NCBI RefSeq assembly: GCF_000143415.4
Contig: NW_003314316.1
Coordinates: 750,669-814,668, forward strand
From: Selaginella moellendorffii
Taxonomy: Eukaryota; Plantae; Lycopodiophyta
Direction of reading: 5' to 3'
DNA length: 64,000 nucleotides
Numbering within the stretch: position 1 is the first letter of the stretch; each line of letters opens with the position of its first letter. Positions 35,948 to 49,800 of the stretch are shown piece after piece. The notes beneath the pieces are model-generated. The model made no database searches and was not told the DNA's origin. It was given only the letters and a program-made list of their open reading frames with translations. Both the position numbers and the translations under genes were made by a program.

Positions 35948-36485
35948 TGTAATCAATTAAATAGAACAACTTGAGAGAAATATAAAGGGAAATGGCAAAA
36001 TGCACCCCCTTTCATAATTGATTAAAGGTTTTAGAATATTTAAGATTAAGTGTTTTTGGTTTGCATAGTATTGAGCTAGGTGACTTTTTAGAAAGTTTAA
36101 ATTCAAGAGATTACATTTGGTATTAAAAAGGTTTTGGATTTAACTTTTGTTAATTGTTTAGGGGAATTAATATGCATTGGTATTAAAGGGGTCTTGAATT
36201 CAATTTTATTGATTGGTTAGAGGAATCACACAACATATTGAGAATGATACCTAGTGGTTGGATAAGTTGTTAAAAGAGCAAGGCTCTCAGGATCTAAGTG
36301 TCCATTCACAAGTGTGTGAATTTATAGGGAAGCGTGGTAGATTGTAAATAAAAATAACAATTCAAAAAATAATCTATAGGGTTTACATATAAAGGGAAAG
36401 GGCCCATAAATAGGAATGCACCCCCTTTTCCATTCAATTAAGGTGTTTTAAGATATTTGGGATTTGGGTTTTGAGCAATATTGGT
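35948..36485 (+). mobile_element. Decayed Cassandra-type TRIM (LTR-internal-partial LTR), cut by a family B LTR
   Basis: TGCACCCCCTTT in both LTRs, PBS relic TTTGGTATT at ~36117, PPT AGGGAAGCGTGG matching the intact copy. Confidence 0.8.
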
Positions 36486-39400
36486 TGTAGCACATATGGT
36501 TTTTACCTTTATCCTATGATGATTTACTATAGAATAACCACGAATCAGAACTTAAACCCTCTATGTGCCACATGTCATATGCTATATGCCATATGCCACA
36601 TATCCAAAGGATAGTGGTGCGAAACCCAAATTTCAGAGCCTTGGGCCATTGAACAAAAAGCCGGTGCCAAACTCCCAAGTATGGAGCCAAGGAGCAATGA
36701 CACTAAAGCATGGAATGACTCTCGAGCTTACAGCCCAAAGAGTGAAGGGACAAAAGCATGGAACAATTTGGAATAGTCTTAGAGAATACAACATCCCAAT
36801 GCTAAGACCAGCACACAAAATATAGCCAAATGGAGTTTGGCACTGTTCAACATACTAGTGGTCCAATGCGAGGATATGGGTGCTCCATCAGCTAGCATGG
36901 TGTGGAACTTGGGTTTAGACCTAAGTCGAACGTAGAACAAGGATAGGCACACAAGCAGGAGCTAAACTATGCCTCAAGTTGGTCAACTATACTCGACCTA
37001 CCCACTATCCCTACTATACATTTAGAACTTCTTATAGCAACCCCCCCCCCCCCCCCCCCCCCCTTGAAGAACACATGCTTTGAGTTTTCACTATAAGCCT
37101 CCCTTAGTATCAGGAGTTAGTCTCTGGGACAAGCTCAAAACTTATTAAATATAGAATGTCTCTAAATTGTGAATTTCGACATAGAACGAACACTATTATG
37201 TTCAGGACAATTTGTACATTCCATAAATATGCTAAATGAGCAAATTTAGACACTTTTCATAAATAACATTTGGGACCAAAATGAGACTAACACAAAGGGC
37301 ATGATAACGAAGGTGTTTGGCAGATATGGTAAGCTATCATTTAGCAAATATTGACGGACCAATCTCAATATTGCGGGGGTTCTTGATACTAGCAAGTGAA
37401 AGCCAATGACACAAGTTTATCAAACTATGCCGAGTATACTCAACAAGAAATACATAGGGTTCTTACTTTATGTTTATTCAATTTAAGTGCATGGTCATTG
37501 ATCAAGTTTTTCAACTAGCTCAAGTGGGAATTGATAACAGGTCTAGCAATACTAACCTCCTGCTGTCGTGGTAGTAAGGAAAGAATATCTAAAAGGACTA
37601 GCCGACAAGTAACTTTCGATACCCGAAATGACAATTGTGACACTTTCCCCTCCTTAATGCATACTCCAATGTAGACCACTGGCAAGGAAACAACTCTAGA
37701 AAAAGTTCAACATGATCATATTATGTGAGAAATGCATCAACTTAAATGAGTGAAGGGAACCTTTTTGTTTAACACGAATGCACTACCAACTTAGACACCT
37801 TTCGGCCGTCGTCGACAAGGAAATGACCAACAGAGTTAACCACCCTTGTTACTCTAGGTGTCACTTAGCTTACAAAAGTGTGATATACAAAGACATAGAG
37901 AGAGAATCTAGAGGCCCTAACCCTTTTAAACAAAGAAACTAAACCCGTCAGTAAGGTTTAGGGTTGTTTACATAGTCACAATAGGCAGTTAAAGTTGTTT
38001 ACATAATCATGCCCTTTTTAAATGAAATAAAGAACATTAACAGAGAGGTGGGTGATGTGACCAGTTTACAATAGCTACCCTATGACTAAAGATTTCATCA
38101 TGCATATGAAGTGCCAAAGCTAGTTTGCCTATACTGGCCCAAACTCAAAGATTAATAGATGGACAATATCAAAGTTATAAACAATGATAACTAAGAGACT
38201 TAATTATTAGTGAAGAAAGTTTAGATTAGAATACAAAAGTATTCTAAGTAAGTTATCATCTGATAAATAAGTATAATAGTATAGGAACCACCAAGATCAC
38301 CAGAGTTGGAAAATATTGGATTAACCATTCAATAATATTCAATAGCCCATGTATCATCAAGAAAACTTAATGATAAGACTATGCTATCAAATATTGCAGA
38401 TAGCATGCTAAACAACTTATAAAAAACAGCTCAAAGAACATAAAGTATCATCAACTAATAAGCAAAATGCTTGTGAATGTATTACCCGAATAAAATAATA
38501 TCCGAATTTATCAAAATTAACTCGAGCAACAATCAACAGAATAGAATGAATGCCGTGAGACTAACAAACACTCATTTAAGCTAACTATTGCATTAGTCAA
38601 GTTGAATAAATCCTAGTCAATAATACTAAGGAACCAGAGTTGCTCAAGCAAGTGTCAGCAACATCCTACCAATATCTCAATCCAAAGATCAATCCAGAGC
38701 AAATCACAAAGAATGTGTGGTAATGAGAAAAGCCATAAACTATCAAAGAGAACAACTAACCATGATGAAAGACCATAAATCATCCTATCAATAAAGAGAT
38801 GCATAATCATCATCGAAGAAAGAATCCACCATCCCGAAGAATGTCACATCATTTTACATCAACAATAACTAAACAAATCTTTTAATGAGAACAATTAACT
38901 ATCCCAAGATAATAGTCATTTGTTGCCAAATGCAAATACTAACTTCAACATCGAAGCTAATGAGCTAAAAATGCCTTCTTTTAACAACTCCTAACAAATG
39001 GAACAATAAGCATGAAAACTCAAAAAACCAAAAGCTCAAAGAAGTCTATAGCTAAGTCTTGCTTAATAATGATAACGAGTTTTGCATGAACTAACTTCAA
39101 TGCTAAAGAAGAAATCATGGTACATCCTATAATATCCTTCTCAACACATCCATAAACTAAACTTCATAATGTAAAGTTAATAAAGAGCATGTTTACATCA
39201 ATCCAAAAGTCAAGTTATGCTCAACAAGTGGTCATCTAATTGATCCTCCATGAATCCATTTATAACAAGTCGTAACTCACTTCATAACAAGTATAACAAG
39301 AATCATCAATAATCAATATATTCCAACTTAAATCTAACAAGGATTCAAACATTCTAATATCAATCACTAACTTTTCCTCTCGTAAAGCTAATATAATCCA

Positions 39401-40906
39401 CAACTAAATCACTTTTCAAGGAAAAGCTCAAAACTCAACCTCGACCAAGCAATCTCGTGTAAAACATAATTAACTCAACTTGCCACTTAGTTCATTTGAA
39501 CCTCAATACAATTGCTAACTAGCAAATGCACGGATACTGATAACACAAAGTTATAACCAAAGCATCAACACTATTTATATCAAGACTAATGAAACAATAT
39601 TAATTCTACAAAGAGACATTTCATCCCACTTGAATCTCAACCATAATAATGTCAACAACAAGAACAAATGGCTTAAATCATATAATAATACGGCTATAGA
39701 ACTCAATTCTCCCCTTCTTTAGGAATGTCATCCAAGTCATAACCAAAACTTGGAAACACTATTTTCACATCATCCTTAGTTTCCCATATACATCACTTTA
39801 ATGCTATCAACATTAGGATAAAGCTAAAAGAAAGCAAAAGTGAATCACCACTCAAAACTCTCCTTTACCAAGCTAACCAAAGTCAAAGATACCTTAGTTA
39901 GTATCTTAGACCAAACCTTCAACAAACTCAGTTACAAATAACACATCATCAAGGAATGATTTACCACATCCAAGACTCAATGAAATCCAACACTATAGAC
40001 TAAACGTAATTAAATGACATCGTCAAAGGTAGAATTGATATGCTAACATGGAGAAATCGTGTAAGTCTAATAACACAATCCTTTGCAACACCATCTAGTA
40101 AAGCAAACCCATCACCACTAAATCATCATCGAGCGAAGCAAGTGTCCTTAATGAAGTTTACAAGCAATCACTAGTCACAGAGCAACTAACAATCACCTTT
40201 TAACTTGCTTTCATAAGACCTAAACACTAAACTCACATCATTAAGTTATATACTTATGTAATATGAACGTAATACCCCAAATATGAGATATTAGCTCATG
40301 GACAAGTATGAACTAAGTGACCACTCGAATCCAACTCAACTGCAATAAGTTCACTAATGTGTTTAGACAATAGCTCTGAGCATGCCTTGAAGAGGTTAGT
40401 TATGCATGATCAACACTTAATTGAAACTAAAGTATAGACCATGAGATGGACTCATATTGGTATACAACCTTCTTATAAATAAAGCTATAGTATGGGTACC
40501 AACATTTCAACCTCAAACAATTAAGTTAAATATCACCATCCTTAGCCAAGACACAAAATTACCAAGGCCAAATCAAGCTTAGTGAAAGCTCACTATTTTT
40601 ATAGAGTTTAATGAAATACAAGGTGCAACCTACCACCAAACATAATGTTATAGAAGAAAGGCATAAGGGTCACCTTTCTAGAAAAGTGTAATAACCACTT
40701 TTCTACATCAATTTCAAACTCTATTCAACTCAATTGTATTAACTCCAAAGATTAGCATCCTTTTCGGGCTGCATCATACAAACTACTTACTAAGATTTAA
40801 GCCAATTGAAGTCAACTCCAACCCCTTCACTAGTTTGTACTAGCTTACGAAAATGAAATGGTTTTTGAACAAAGTGACCAATAAATTAACCATTAGAAAA
40901 GTCTAA
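36486..40906 (-). mobile_element. Degenerate Copia family B: 3' LTR (36486-37642) plus pol relic
   Basis: LTR homologous to 58184-59270 and to the reverse complement of 55024-56754; PPT GGAGGGGAAAG; internal region is the inverted homolog of 51840-55023; no long ORFs. Confidence 0.82.
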
Positions 40907-42450
40907 TGTGACTAGAGTCTAAAGTCGAATGTGACTTCGGGTATCGAAAGTTACCTGTCAGCTAGTCCTTTCGGATATTCTTTCCTTACTGCCACGACAG
41001 TAGGAGGTTGGTATTGCTGGACCCGTTATCAGTTCCCACTTGAGCTAGTTGAGAAATTGGTCCAAATGTATAGTAAAGATTGTAGGTAGGTCGGGCATGG
41101 CTGACCAACCTAAGGCATAGTCTAGCTCCCATTTGTGTGCCTATCCTTGTTCTGCGTCTGGCTTGGGTCTAACCCCAAGTTCCATTCCATGCTAGCTAGT
41201 GGAGTACCTATGTCCTTGCTTAAGCCACTAGTATGCCGAAATAGCGCCAGACTCTATTTGGCTCCATTTTGCATGTTGGTCCTGGCATTGGGATGCTGGT
41301 AATTCTAGGACTGTTCAAAGTTGCTCCGAGCTCTTGTCCCTTCGCTCCTTGGTCTATATGCTCGGGAGTCGTTCTGTGCTCTAGTGTTAATGCTCCTTGG
41401 CTCTATGCTTGGGAGTTTGGCACTATTCCTTCGTTCAATGGCCCAAGGCTCTGAACTTTGGGTTCCACGTCACTATCCTTTAGACATGTGGCATATGACA
41501 TATGGCATGTGTCACGTGGCATAAAGAGGGTTTAGGTTTTGCTTCGTGGTGTTATCCTATGGTAAATCACCATAGGATAAAGGGTAAAAACCATGTGCAC
41601 TACATTTGGTATCAAAGGATACGTCTCAGCGAGTGTTATCCAATGAGATTGGGCAACTAGTCTCATTGCATACGCAGAGATGAAAATGATGATCCGAGTG
41701 GGTACATGTTTGGGTGCTAAGACTTCACAATTGTTCCTTAGATATGGATATTATTACCTTGTTGTTCCATATTATGTGAGCCTGCTCTTGGGCTCATAAG
41801 ATGGATGGAGTTGTACTAGTTTGCATGAGTTTGAGCTTGGGCTCATGCGTGAGGCATATTAGCAACTTGAGGATATGCTTTGAGTTGGCAGGATTAATGT
41901 TAACCTATCGGTTTCCATGAGTTGTTCCATATACCGTGGGTGAAAGTAAACCTTCCCTGGGTTTGCTATGAGTGGTAAATAGGCTAGTTTGTAGCTGTTT
42001 AGCATGGCACTAGTGGATCCTTCCTAGGCATAATTACAAGTGGATCAATCTAGACTATAGAGATTAGTTTATTGGTTCAAGTAATCATTGCCATGCTCTC
42101 TTATAAACTTTTCTTGAATTGGATTGAAGGTAGTGTGAAAGAAAGCTTGAGGTTTAGTCAAGGATGAGATTGAAAAGAGAGTTGTCAAAGATGAAGGATC
42201 AAACACGTAAATCATCTTCTCTTCTTGAAGAGATGATTCGCAACGAGGTGTGACTCATTGCTCGTGTTCACGGTATGTAATCAAGAGTCTCTATCTTGAT
42301 GCATATTGGAAATGATGGTCTTACAAATGGTGAGTTGTGGGATGGATAATGGTGAAACGCTAAACCATTTTGTCTAGGCTTGTTGTTTGAAGACTTGAGT
42401 TACAATGCTCAATTCTTTTCCAAGGAACGTTGTTATTACTCCTTGAGTAG
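40907..42450 (+). mobile_element. Copia family B: internally deleted 5' LTR (to 41604), PBS and gag relic
   Basis: LTR ends ..CCATGTGCACTACA, then TTTGGTATCAAAG; 41605-42450 is the inverted homolog of 57340-58183. Confidence 0.8.
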
Positions 42451-42897
42451 TGTAGTGCACCTTATCTCTCTCCCCTTAAATCAACTGAAAAAGGGGCAAT
42501 TGCTTGATGAGAGAGCCCTTAGTGGCTATTTTATCCCCATTTATCCCCCAAGGTTCCAAGGATCCACGGTGACAGTATATCCAAATCTTATCCCATGATC
42601 ATATGCATTACACTCACCCCCCCTTCAGAGATGTCAATGTCCTCATTGACTATTGACTAACAACTCCTACTGAGCCAAGGGGAACCAGCACCTCCATTTC
42701 CACACTAAATCTACCAATCCTTCTATTGTGTAAACCAGCTATTCAATGTAAGGCCCGTGCTATTTGCTCCGATACCAACTGTAGCGCACTTTATCTCTCT
42801 CCCCTTAAACCAACTGGAAAAGCGGCAATTGCTTGATGAAAGAGCCCTTAGTGGCTATTTTATCCCCATTTATCCCCCAAGGTTCCAAGGATCCACG
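42451..42897 (-). mobile_element. TRIM family C copy 1 (162-bp LTR; second LTR interrupted)
   Basis: LTR 42451-42612, PPT complement CTCACCCCCCC, PBS complement CTCCGATACCA; second LTR starts 42780 and is cut at 42897. Confidence 0.88.
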
Positions 42898-43642
42898 TGT
42901 AAGTGACTAAATTTTCCATTTTACTTTAGTCACTTAACCACACTTCCAACCACTTAGAGGAGTCTCACTCACAACCTCCACGAGTCCTATTTCAGACTTG
43001 GGCTTGCTAGCCCCGAGAATGGCATCCCCGCCATTCAACTTTTGCACTTGGTCCAAGTGCTCCACGTGTCCGATCCCATGACCGACACCCCAAGGTACCA
43101 CCGACATATTAGCCCGTTACGCTAAGGCCATGCCCCTTTACCTTGATCACACCGGTGGTCTAACACCACCTGCATCACAGTCCCCTCTCTCAAGGACTGG
43201 GACATCCGTCCATGAGTGATCATTCCAGGTCCACTCCTTAGCATCCTTAGGATGCCCACAGACATGGGGAATAGCCTTCCCCAATATCCCTTTTCCGGTC
43301 TTCATCAAGTCCCTTTCTACCCATGGCCGTGTTCACCAACACTACCACTAGATCGAGGCCCACAGGCCCGACCACTACACCAGAGGACTACTCCTCTTCC
43401 TTTCCACAGTCTAGGCCTTTGGGACAACATTTTGGAACACCGTGGCCCTACACAGGCCTCATGGTACTCTCCCTGCCTTCTGCCTTTGGGTGCTCTAGCC
43501 ATGGGCTTAGAGCGAGGTTCCGTTGAGCCACACCAGGTATCCAAGTAGGTAGTGCCACCCACACTTAGACTGGGAGCATCGGCCAGTCGATCTCCCGGGG
43601 GAACTAGAGCCGGCTCTTGAACACTTCACCAAGCTACCCCGC

Positions 43643-43877
43643 NNNNNNNNNNNNNNNNNNNNNNNNNNNNNNNNNNNNNNNNNNNNNNNNNNNNNNNNNN
43701 NNNNNNNNNNNNNNNNNNNNNNNNNNNNNNNNNNNNNNNNNNNNNNNNNNNNNNNNNNNNNNNNNNNNNNNNNNNNNNNNNNNNNNNNNNNNNNNNNNNN
43801 NNNNNNNNNNNNNNNNNNNNNNNNNNNNNNNNNNNNNNNNNNNNNNNNNNNNNNNNNNNNNNNNNNNNNNNNNNNNN
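43643..43877. other. Assembly gap (235 N)
   Basis: Run of N inside the LTR next to the tandem array. Confidence 0.99.
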
Positions 43878-46186
43878 ACTCAGACTCGGACTCGGACTCG
43901 GGCTCGGGCTCGGTCTTGGCCTCGGCCTCGGTCTCGGTCTCGGTCCCGATCTCGGTCTCGGACTCAGTCTTGGTCTCGGTCTCGGCCTCGGTCTCGGTCT
44001 CGGTCTCGGTCTCGGTTCCATCTCGGACTCCATCCCGGGTCCATCTCAGACTCCATCTTGGACTCCATCTTGGACTCCATCTCGGGTCCATCTCGGGTCC
44101 ATCTTGGACTCCATCTTGGGTCCATCTCAGGTCCATCTTGGACTCCATCTCGGGTCCATCTCGGACCCCATCTCAGGTCCATCTCGAACTCCATCTCGGG
44201 TCCATCTCGGACTCCATCTCGGGTCCATCTCGGACTCCATCTCGGACTCCATCTCGGATTCCATCTTGGATTCATTCTCGGGTCCATCTCGAGTCCATCT
44301 CGGACTCCACCTTGGACTCCATCTCGGACTCCATCTCGGACTCCATCTCGGGTCCATCTAGGAGTCCATCTCGGACACTTCCACGTGTCATATGTTGGTC
44401 CTTTTTGGGTCCCTTTTTGGAGCCTCACTTATTGCTTGCCTCATGCTCATTCCTTGAGCACTCCGTTGGGAGTTCCACCCCCACTCTCAACCTTTCAAGT
44501 CGGAGCCTTTTAGTCCAAACGTGTTACGCTCATTTGGCTTTTGCTTCGGCCACTACCATGTGGCACCCTTTCGGCTCCACTTTGGGGTTTAGGGATTTGT
44601 GTCTCACAACTCCACCACCCATAGATGAAGTTCGATGTCTTCATCGAACGGTAAACCATTTTGTAAAGTAACACCCACATGTGTTACCATTTCTATCTTT
44701 GGCACTCAGCCAATATTTGTCTATGGTTTGACATTGAAGGCTCACCATGCCTTATCCATCCTCTAAGGAGCATAGTCTCTCTAACATAAAGACTCATTCG
44801 GCCACCTGGGGTGGTTTGCTCCCTTTTATTGGTTCAGTTCTCGCTAAACCCATTAGAAACACCTTCTCTAACTTAATTCCACTACTCATTCTTGAGTAGT
44901 CTCAGATTCTATCGCCATAACCTTTGCACTTTGGAACGTTTACTTTTGACTTCTTGAAGTCAATTTCCTAGGTGTCTCCGACACCTTGCATTGCACATAT
45001 TGTGCAAGTCCACTTCCCTATCCTAGGAAGTCCTTTACTTGAGGGCACCATCATCCTCTTTTCTATTTTGTGCCACCCTTGGCACTACATTCTAATTATC
45101 ATCGTTTGTGCCAGGGCTGTCCACAGCCCTATCCTTTGGCTACTTTGCTGCTCCTCACTTGGAGCTTTTACTTTGCCAAATTGGAGCACTTGGGAATCTA
45201 ACTTTGGAAGTCCACTTCCTTTCCCGCAATCCATTAGCATCAAACACATTAGTGTTCCTTGGCTAACCTCACTATTTGGATTCCTCCCATTAAATTCCAT
45301 GGCCCAAACTTGGCCACTAGTCTTTTGTTCCTATCTATTGATTGTTGCATCAAGCAACAAAGGATCACTACCTCCTTCCTTGAGGTATTCTTTTGGTTCC
45401 ATGGCAAAGCTCTACTTTGCCAAGTCTGGAGGGTGTTCACCCCTAGTATATCTCTTTAGCATTTTTTGGTGTGGGCTCTATCCACGGTTCAACTCTATGA
45501 ACCTCCCATGGGTCTTTTATAGAGATTACTTTCCTCGGACTCACTATGTCATTGCATTGACATATCTCATTTCCCTAAGGTGTCCTTCTCACTTGGTTAC
45601 CTTGACCAAGCCACACCATCATCAATAGTTCCAATCATCTCGGACTCCACTTCGGGTCCATCTCGGACACTTCCACGTGTCATGTGTTGGTCTTTTTGGG
45701 TCCCTTTTTGGAGCCTCACTTATTGCTCGCTTCATGCTCGTTCCTTGAGCACTCCATTGGGAGTTCCACTCCCGCTCTCAACCTCTCAAGTCGGAGCCTT
45801 TTAGTCCAAACGTGTTACGCTCGTTTGGGCTTTTGCTTCGGCCACTACCACGTGGCACCCTTTCGGCTCCACACACTAACCTTGGCACCTTAACAGGTTT
45901 GCCCATAGGTACTAGGTCTTCTAGACTTTTAAGTTGTTGACCATGACCCCGAGGGCATCCCCCACACTTGGCAGTGTGCCCAAGCTAGCCCTTCTGGCCA
46001 AGGGTCCATAGCAACTGAGACTGGGTATCCCCATCTCATTCACCACGTCCTTGGTGCCACTCGCACCAAAGCATTCAAGTTAGATATGCCAAGCCATACT
46101 AAGCAATCTAACCATGTATCACGACTCCGGAGCATCCCCCGCTTGGCGGTGTGCCCAAGCCAGTCTCCTTACTGAGAGTCCATGAC

Positions 46187-46825
46187 TGTAGCGCATGTGA
46201 TCATGGGATGAGATTTGGATATACTGTCACCGTGGATCCTTGGAACCTTGGGGGATAAATAGGGATAAAATAGCCACTAAGGGCTCTTTCATCAAGCAAT
46301 TGCCCCTTTTCCAGTTGGCTTAAGGGGAGAGAGATAAGGTGTGCTACAGTTGGTATTGGAGCAAATGGCACGGGTTCGATTCCCATTGATTAGTGGCTAC
46401 TTAAAAAGTATAATATACCCTTGAGCAAGGTATATTCCTACCCCTAAAATTTGAAATCGTACATATTGGGCATCCATGCGTATGTCCTTCCTCTTGTGTG
46501 GAGTATCTACAGACGAAGGTATCCACCGTGGGACTGCAGTACGAGTGGATGACTAGTTGCCTCACATGGAATAGCTAGTCTACACAATGGAAGGATTGGT
46601 AGATTGAGTGCGGAAATGGCTCAGTAGGGGTTGCTAGTCAATAGTCTCTGAAGGGGGGGTGAGTGTAGCGCATGTGATCATGGGATGAGATTTGGATATA
46701 CTGTCACCGTGGATCCTTAGAACCTTGGGGGATAAATGGGGATAAAATAGCCACTAAGGGCTCTTTCATCAAGCAATTACCCCTTTTCCAGTTAGCTTAA
46801 GGGGAGAGAGATAAGGTGTGCTACA
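46187..46825 (+). mobile_element. TRIM family C copy 2, complete
   Basis: LTRs 46187-46348 and 46664-46825 (TGTAGC..GCTACA); TSD ATGAC; PBS TGGTATTGGAGC; PPT GAAGGGGGGGTGAG; no ORF. Confidence 0.93.
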
Positions 46826-49800
46826 ATGACCACCGAATTTTCCAGTTGGCTTAAGGGGAGAGAGATAAGGTGTGCTACAATGACCACCGAAATATGAGTG
46901 TCCTCATATTCCAAACCATCACCACGCCCTAGTGATTCGGGACTTGAACCCAAGCACTAGAGGGTCGGGACTCGAACCCAACCTCCGTATATGCATCTAC
47001 GGACGGCATCACCTAGGATGCCTGGTGCGACTCATCATGCCGGTGCACCAACTTATACTTAAAGCGCGCTACAGATCACAGCTTAGGAACCTAGTTCCTC
47101 CACACTACCAAGTCCTCTCACTTGACAAATCTATGATCATGCATGGACTCCTCCATGCTTGGCCCCATAGCCCACCCTTTTTGAAGTTATCACCTTCAAC
47201 TAGGGTATTTGTTCTCCTGACTTGCCAATCTTGCTTGGCCAGTCCTCTGACCTTTGTAACATGGTTCCTGCATAAGCGTGAAAGTCCTTAACCATCGACT
47301 TTCATTCAAAGCCCTCTTTTTGAACACTCGGGAACTACTTCCCTAACCTTGATAGCCTTGCCTCATGGCAAGCTTCAAGACCACACTTCTGCTGTGCCAT
47401 TCTGATTTCGCACGTTCCATGAACCATTTACACTTGGCCTTTCTAGGTACTAAACTACCTAGAATCGTCTTTGGGAACTTTGAAGGAACTCTATTCCTTA
47501 GCTTGCTAAGGACTCCCTTTTCACAAGTTTTATAGTTGTCATATAGTCTAACATGGACAATTCCATATTTTAGACTCCCCATGGCATCACGGTTGCTAGC
47601 AACAACATCCTCGAGCACCATCTTGATTCTCCACTCCTAACTTGCATAATCATCGTTGGATATGCCCTTCGATTTCTATGGTTCAGTTCCATCCCAATAC
47701 TACTTACCTTTTGGCCCCATATGTTTCCTTTGGTTATTCTCCTCCAGACTAGGAGGATAGCTTTGCACATTTTGCTATGCCTTAGCAAGTATTCTTAGGG
47801 ATGAACCTACCCGATAGCCTAGGGAGTGGTTCCTCAATCTTGGGCATGCTCACCTTATAATCCCACACATCGGGATTAATGCTGCTACTTATGGGCCTTT
47901 ACATGCCCATCACTAGCCTTGCCAAAATTCTATTTTTGGCTTTGTTTAATTCGGGTAGACAGTCTTCTCCTGTCTCCACAACCTTGGACATTTGGATAAC
48001 ACCTACTATCCATCATTTGCTAGGGACTTAGTCCCTTGGGCTTTATCTATTGCCCTTGCAACACGAAACACCATCTCCTGGTGTCCTAGAGTGTTTAGGT
48101 GTCCCAATGATGGCCTCATGACAATGAGCATTCCCGTTTACGACATTGACTTATTACATCGCAACATAAGCAATTTATCCCCCGTAAGGGTATATCTAAC
48201 TTCCTTTTGTCATTAAGAAGTCTTGGGTAGTTACCTTCTACCCATTTAACCAATTATCTTGCACCTCTGGTTTAGTTGCCCCATAGTTGTCAAGTCCTAC
48301 AACTCATTGCTTAGTGCTTCCACACCTCCATCATTATCTAGGTCACCACACTCCAACCGCATGCCTTCCAGCTTAGGCCATGCCATTCCTGCTTTCGTTG
48401 GGATTCCTTTGGCAAGGGGTTCTTATGAACCCACCGTCATAACCTCAAGGTATCACACTTTGGCACATTTAGTGTCTCCACACCATTGGCCCCACGAGCC
48501 TACCCTTATGACACTACTTATTAGTGTCTAGGTCTTTGCCAAGACTAATATAGTTGTTCCTCATGTTAACTATCCGTTAGCACCACACTATAGTGTTTGC
48601 ACCCAACTCTGGGCCAAAGTTACTTCCTTCTGGGAACATCTTTCCCACAACTTTAGTATGGCACATTCTGCCATCATTGAGATACCTACTGTTCTCATAC
48701 TTGGATCTTATGATCCTCCCCATACCTCATGGGGCACTATACACGTCAGTCCAAATGCTCCAACCAATCCCTTAGGACCATTCCCTGACTCCGCTTGAGT
48801 CATCCAGCATTTTGGACATTGCTAATCCAACAACTTGCGAGGTCTCAGTTTTAGAGGTGCCAACTCACTGGAATACAACTTCTTGTATTCATGTCCTACT
48901 CACAAGGACAATCTTTGCAATTGTTACTCTGACACTTGATGATTTTCTTCGAGGCTAACCTTTGCCCCTTAGGACTACTTGTCCATGTGATGAGAATAGC
49001 AACTCATCTTTAAGTACACCCCCAACTCCTTGGGTTGTTCTAGCATTTATTAGAGGTAGCCCCGCCTACCATTTCAAGGATTGATGTCCTCTTCTATATT
49101 TGACCTCCCACGGTCAACAATTCTGGTCTCAAATTTATGAGTACCAGCCTCAACTATATAAGGGTTATCTTGTGACTCCTTTATTGTTTTGGAGTCTGCA
49201 TTTTTCCCGTGATCCCAACTATAGTTGTTTACCATAACTACATTAGCTCATTTGCTGCATCAAACACTCATCTGGATCACATCCTCAACTCTCTGAGGAA
49301 ACCCTTATACTGTTCCCAAGATCCCAAAGTCGTTCCCTTACTAGCCCTCTTCCATCCACCACATCATGCACAAGTTCACGCATGAACTTGAGTGGAGAGC
49401 CATGTCCTCTCGACATGCTACTCCTCGAGGATAGGTCCATATCTAGGACCTTCCAACTCCAATACAAGTGGTGATATGCTTGGCCACCAATAAGAGTCGG
49501 ACTAAGGAACAACTCCGATACCAAGCTGTAAGTGACTAAATTTTCCATTTTACTTTAGTCACTTAACCACACCTCCAACCACTTAGAGGAGTCTCACTCA
49601 CAACCTCCACGAGTCCTATTTCAGACTTGGGCTTGCTAGCCCCGAGAATGGCATCCCCGCCATTCAACTTTTGCACTTGGTCCAAGTGCTCCACGTGTCC
49701 GATCCCATGACCGACACCCCAAGGTACCACCGACATATTAGCCCGTTACGCTAAGGCCATGCCCCTTTACCTTGATCACACCAGTGGTCTAACACCACCT

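Noticed and set aside
40900-40930. TSD for the plus-strand family B element
   Set aside because: Left flank (TCTAA or TAAAG) does not match right flank TAAGA at 56755, and the LTR start is ragged.
42495-42530. Hammerhead ribozyme (retrozyme) in TRIM C LTR (TTGATGAG)
   Set aside because: Lacks the CTGA.GA core, a properly placed GAAA and supporting helices.
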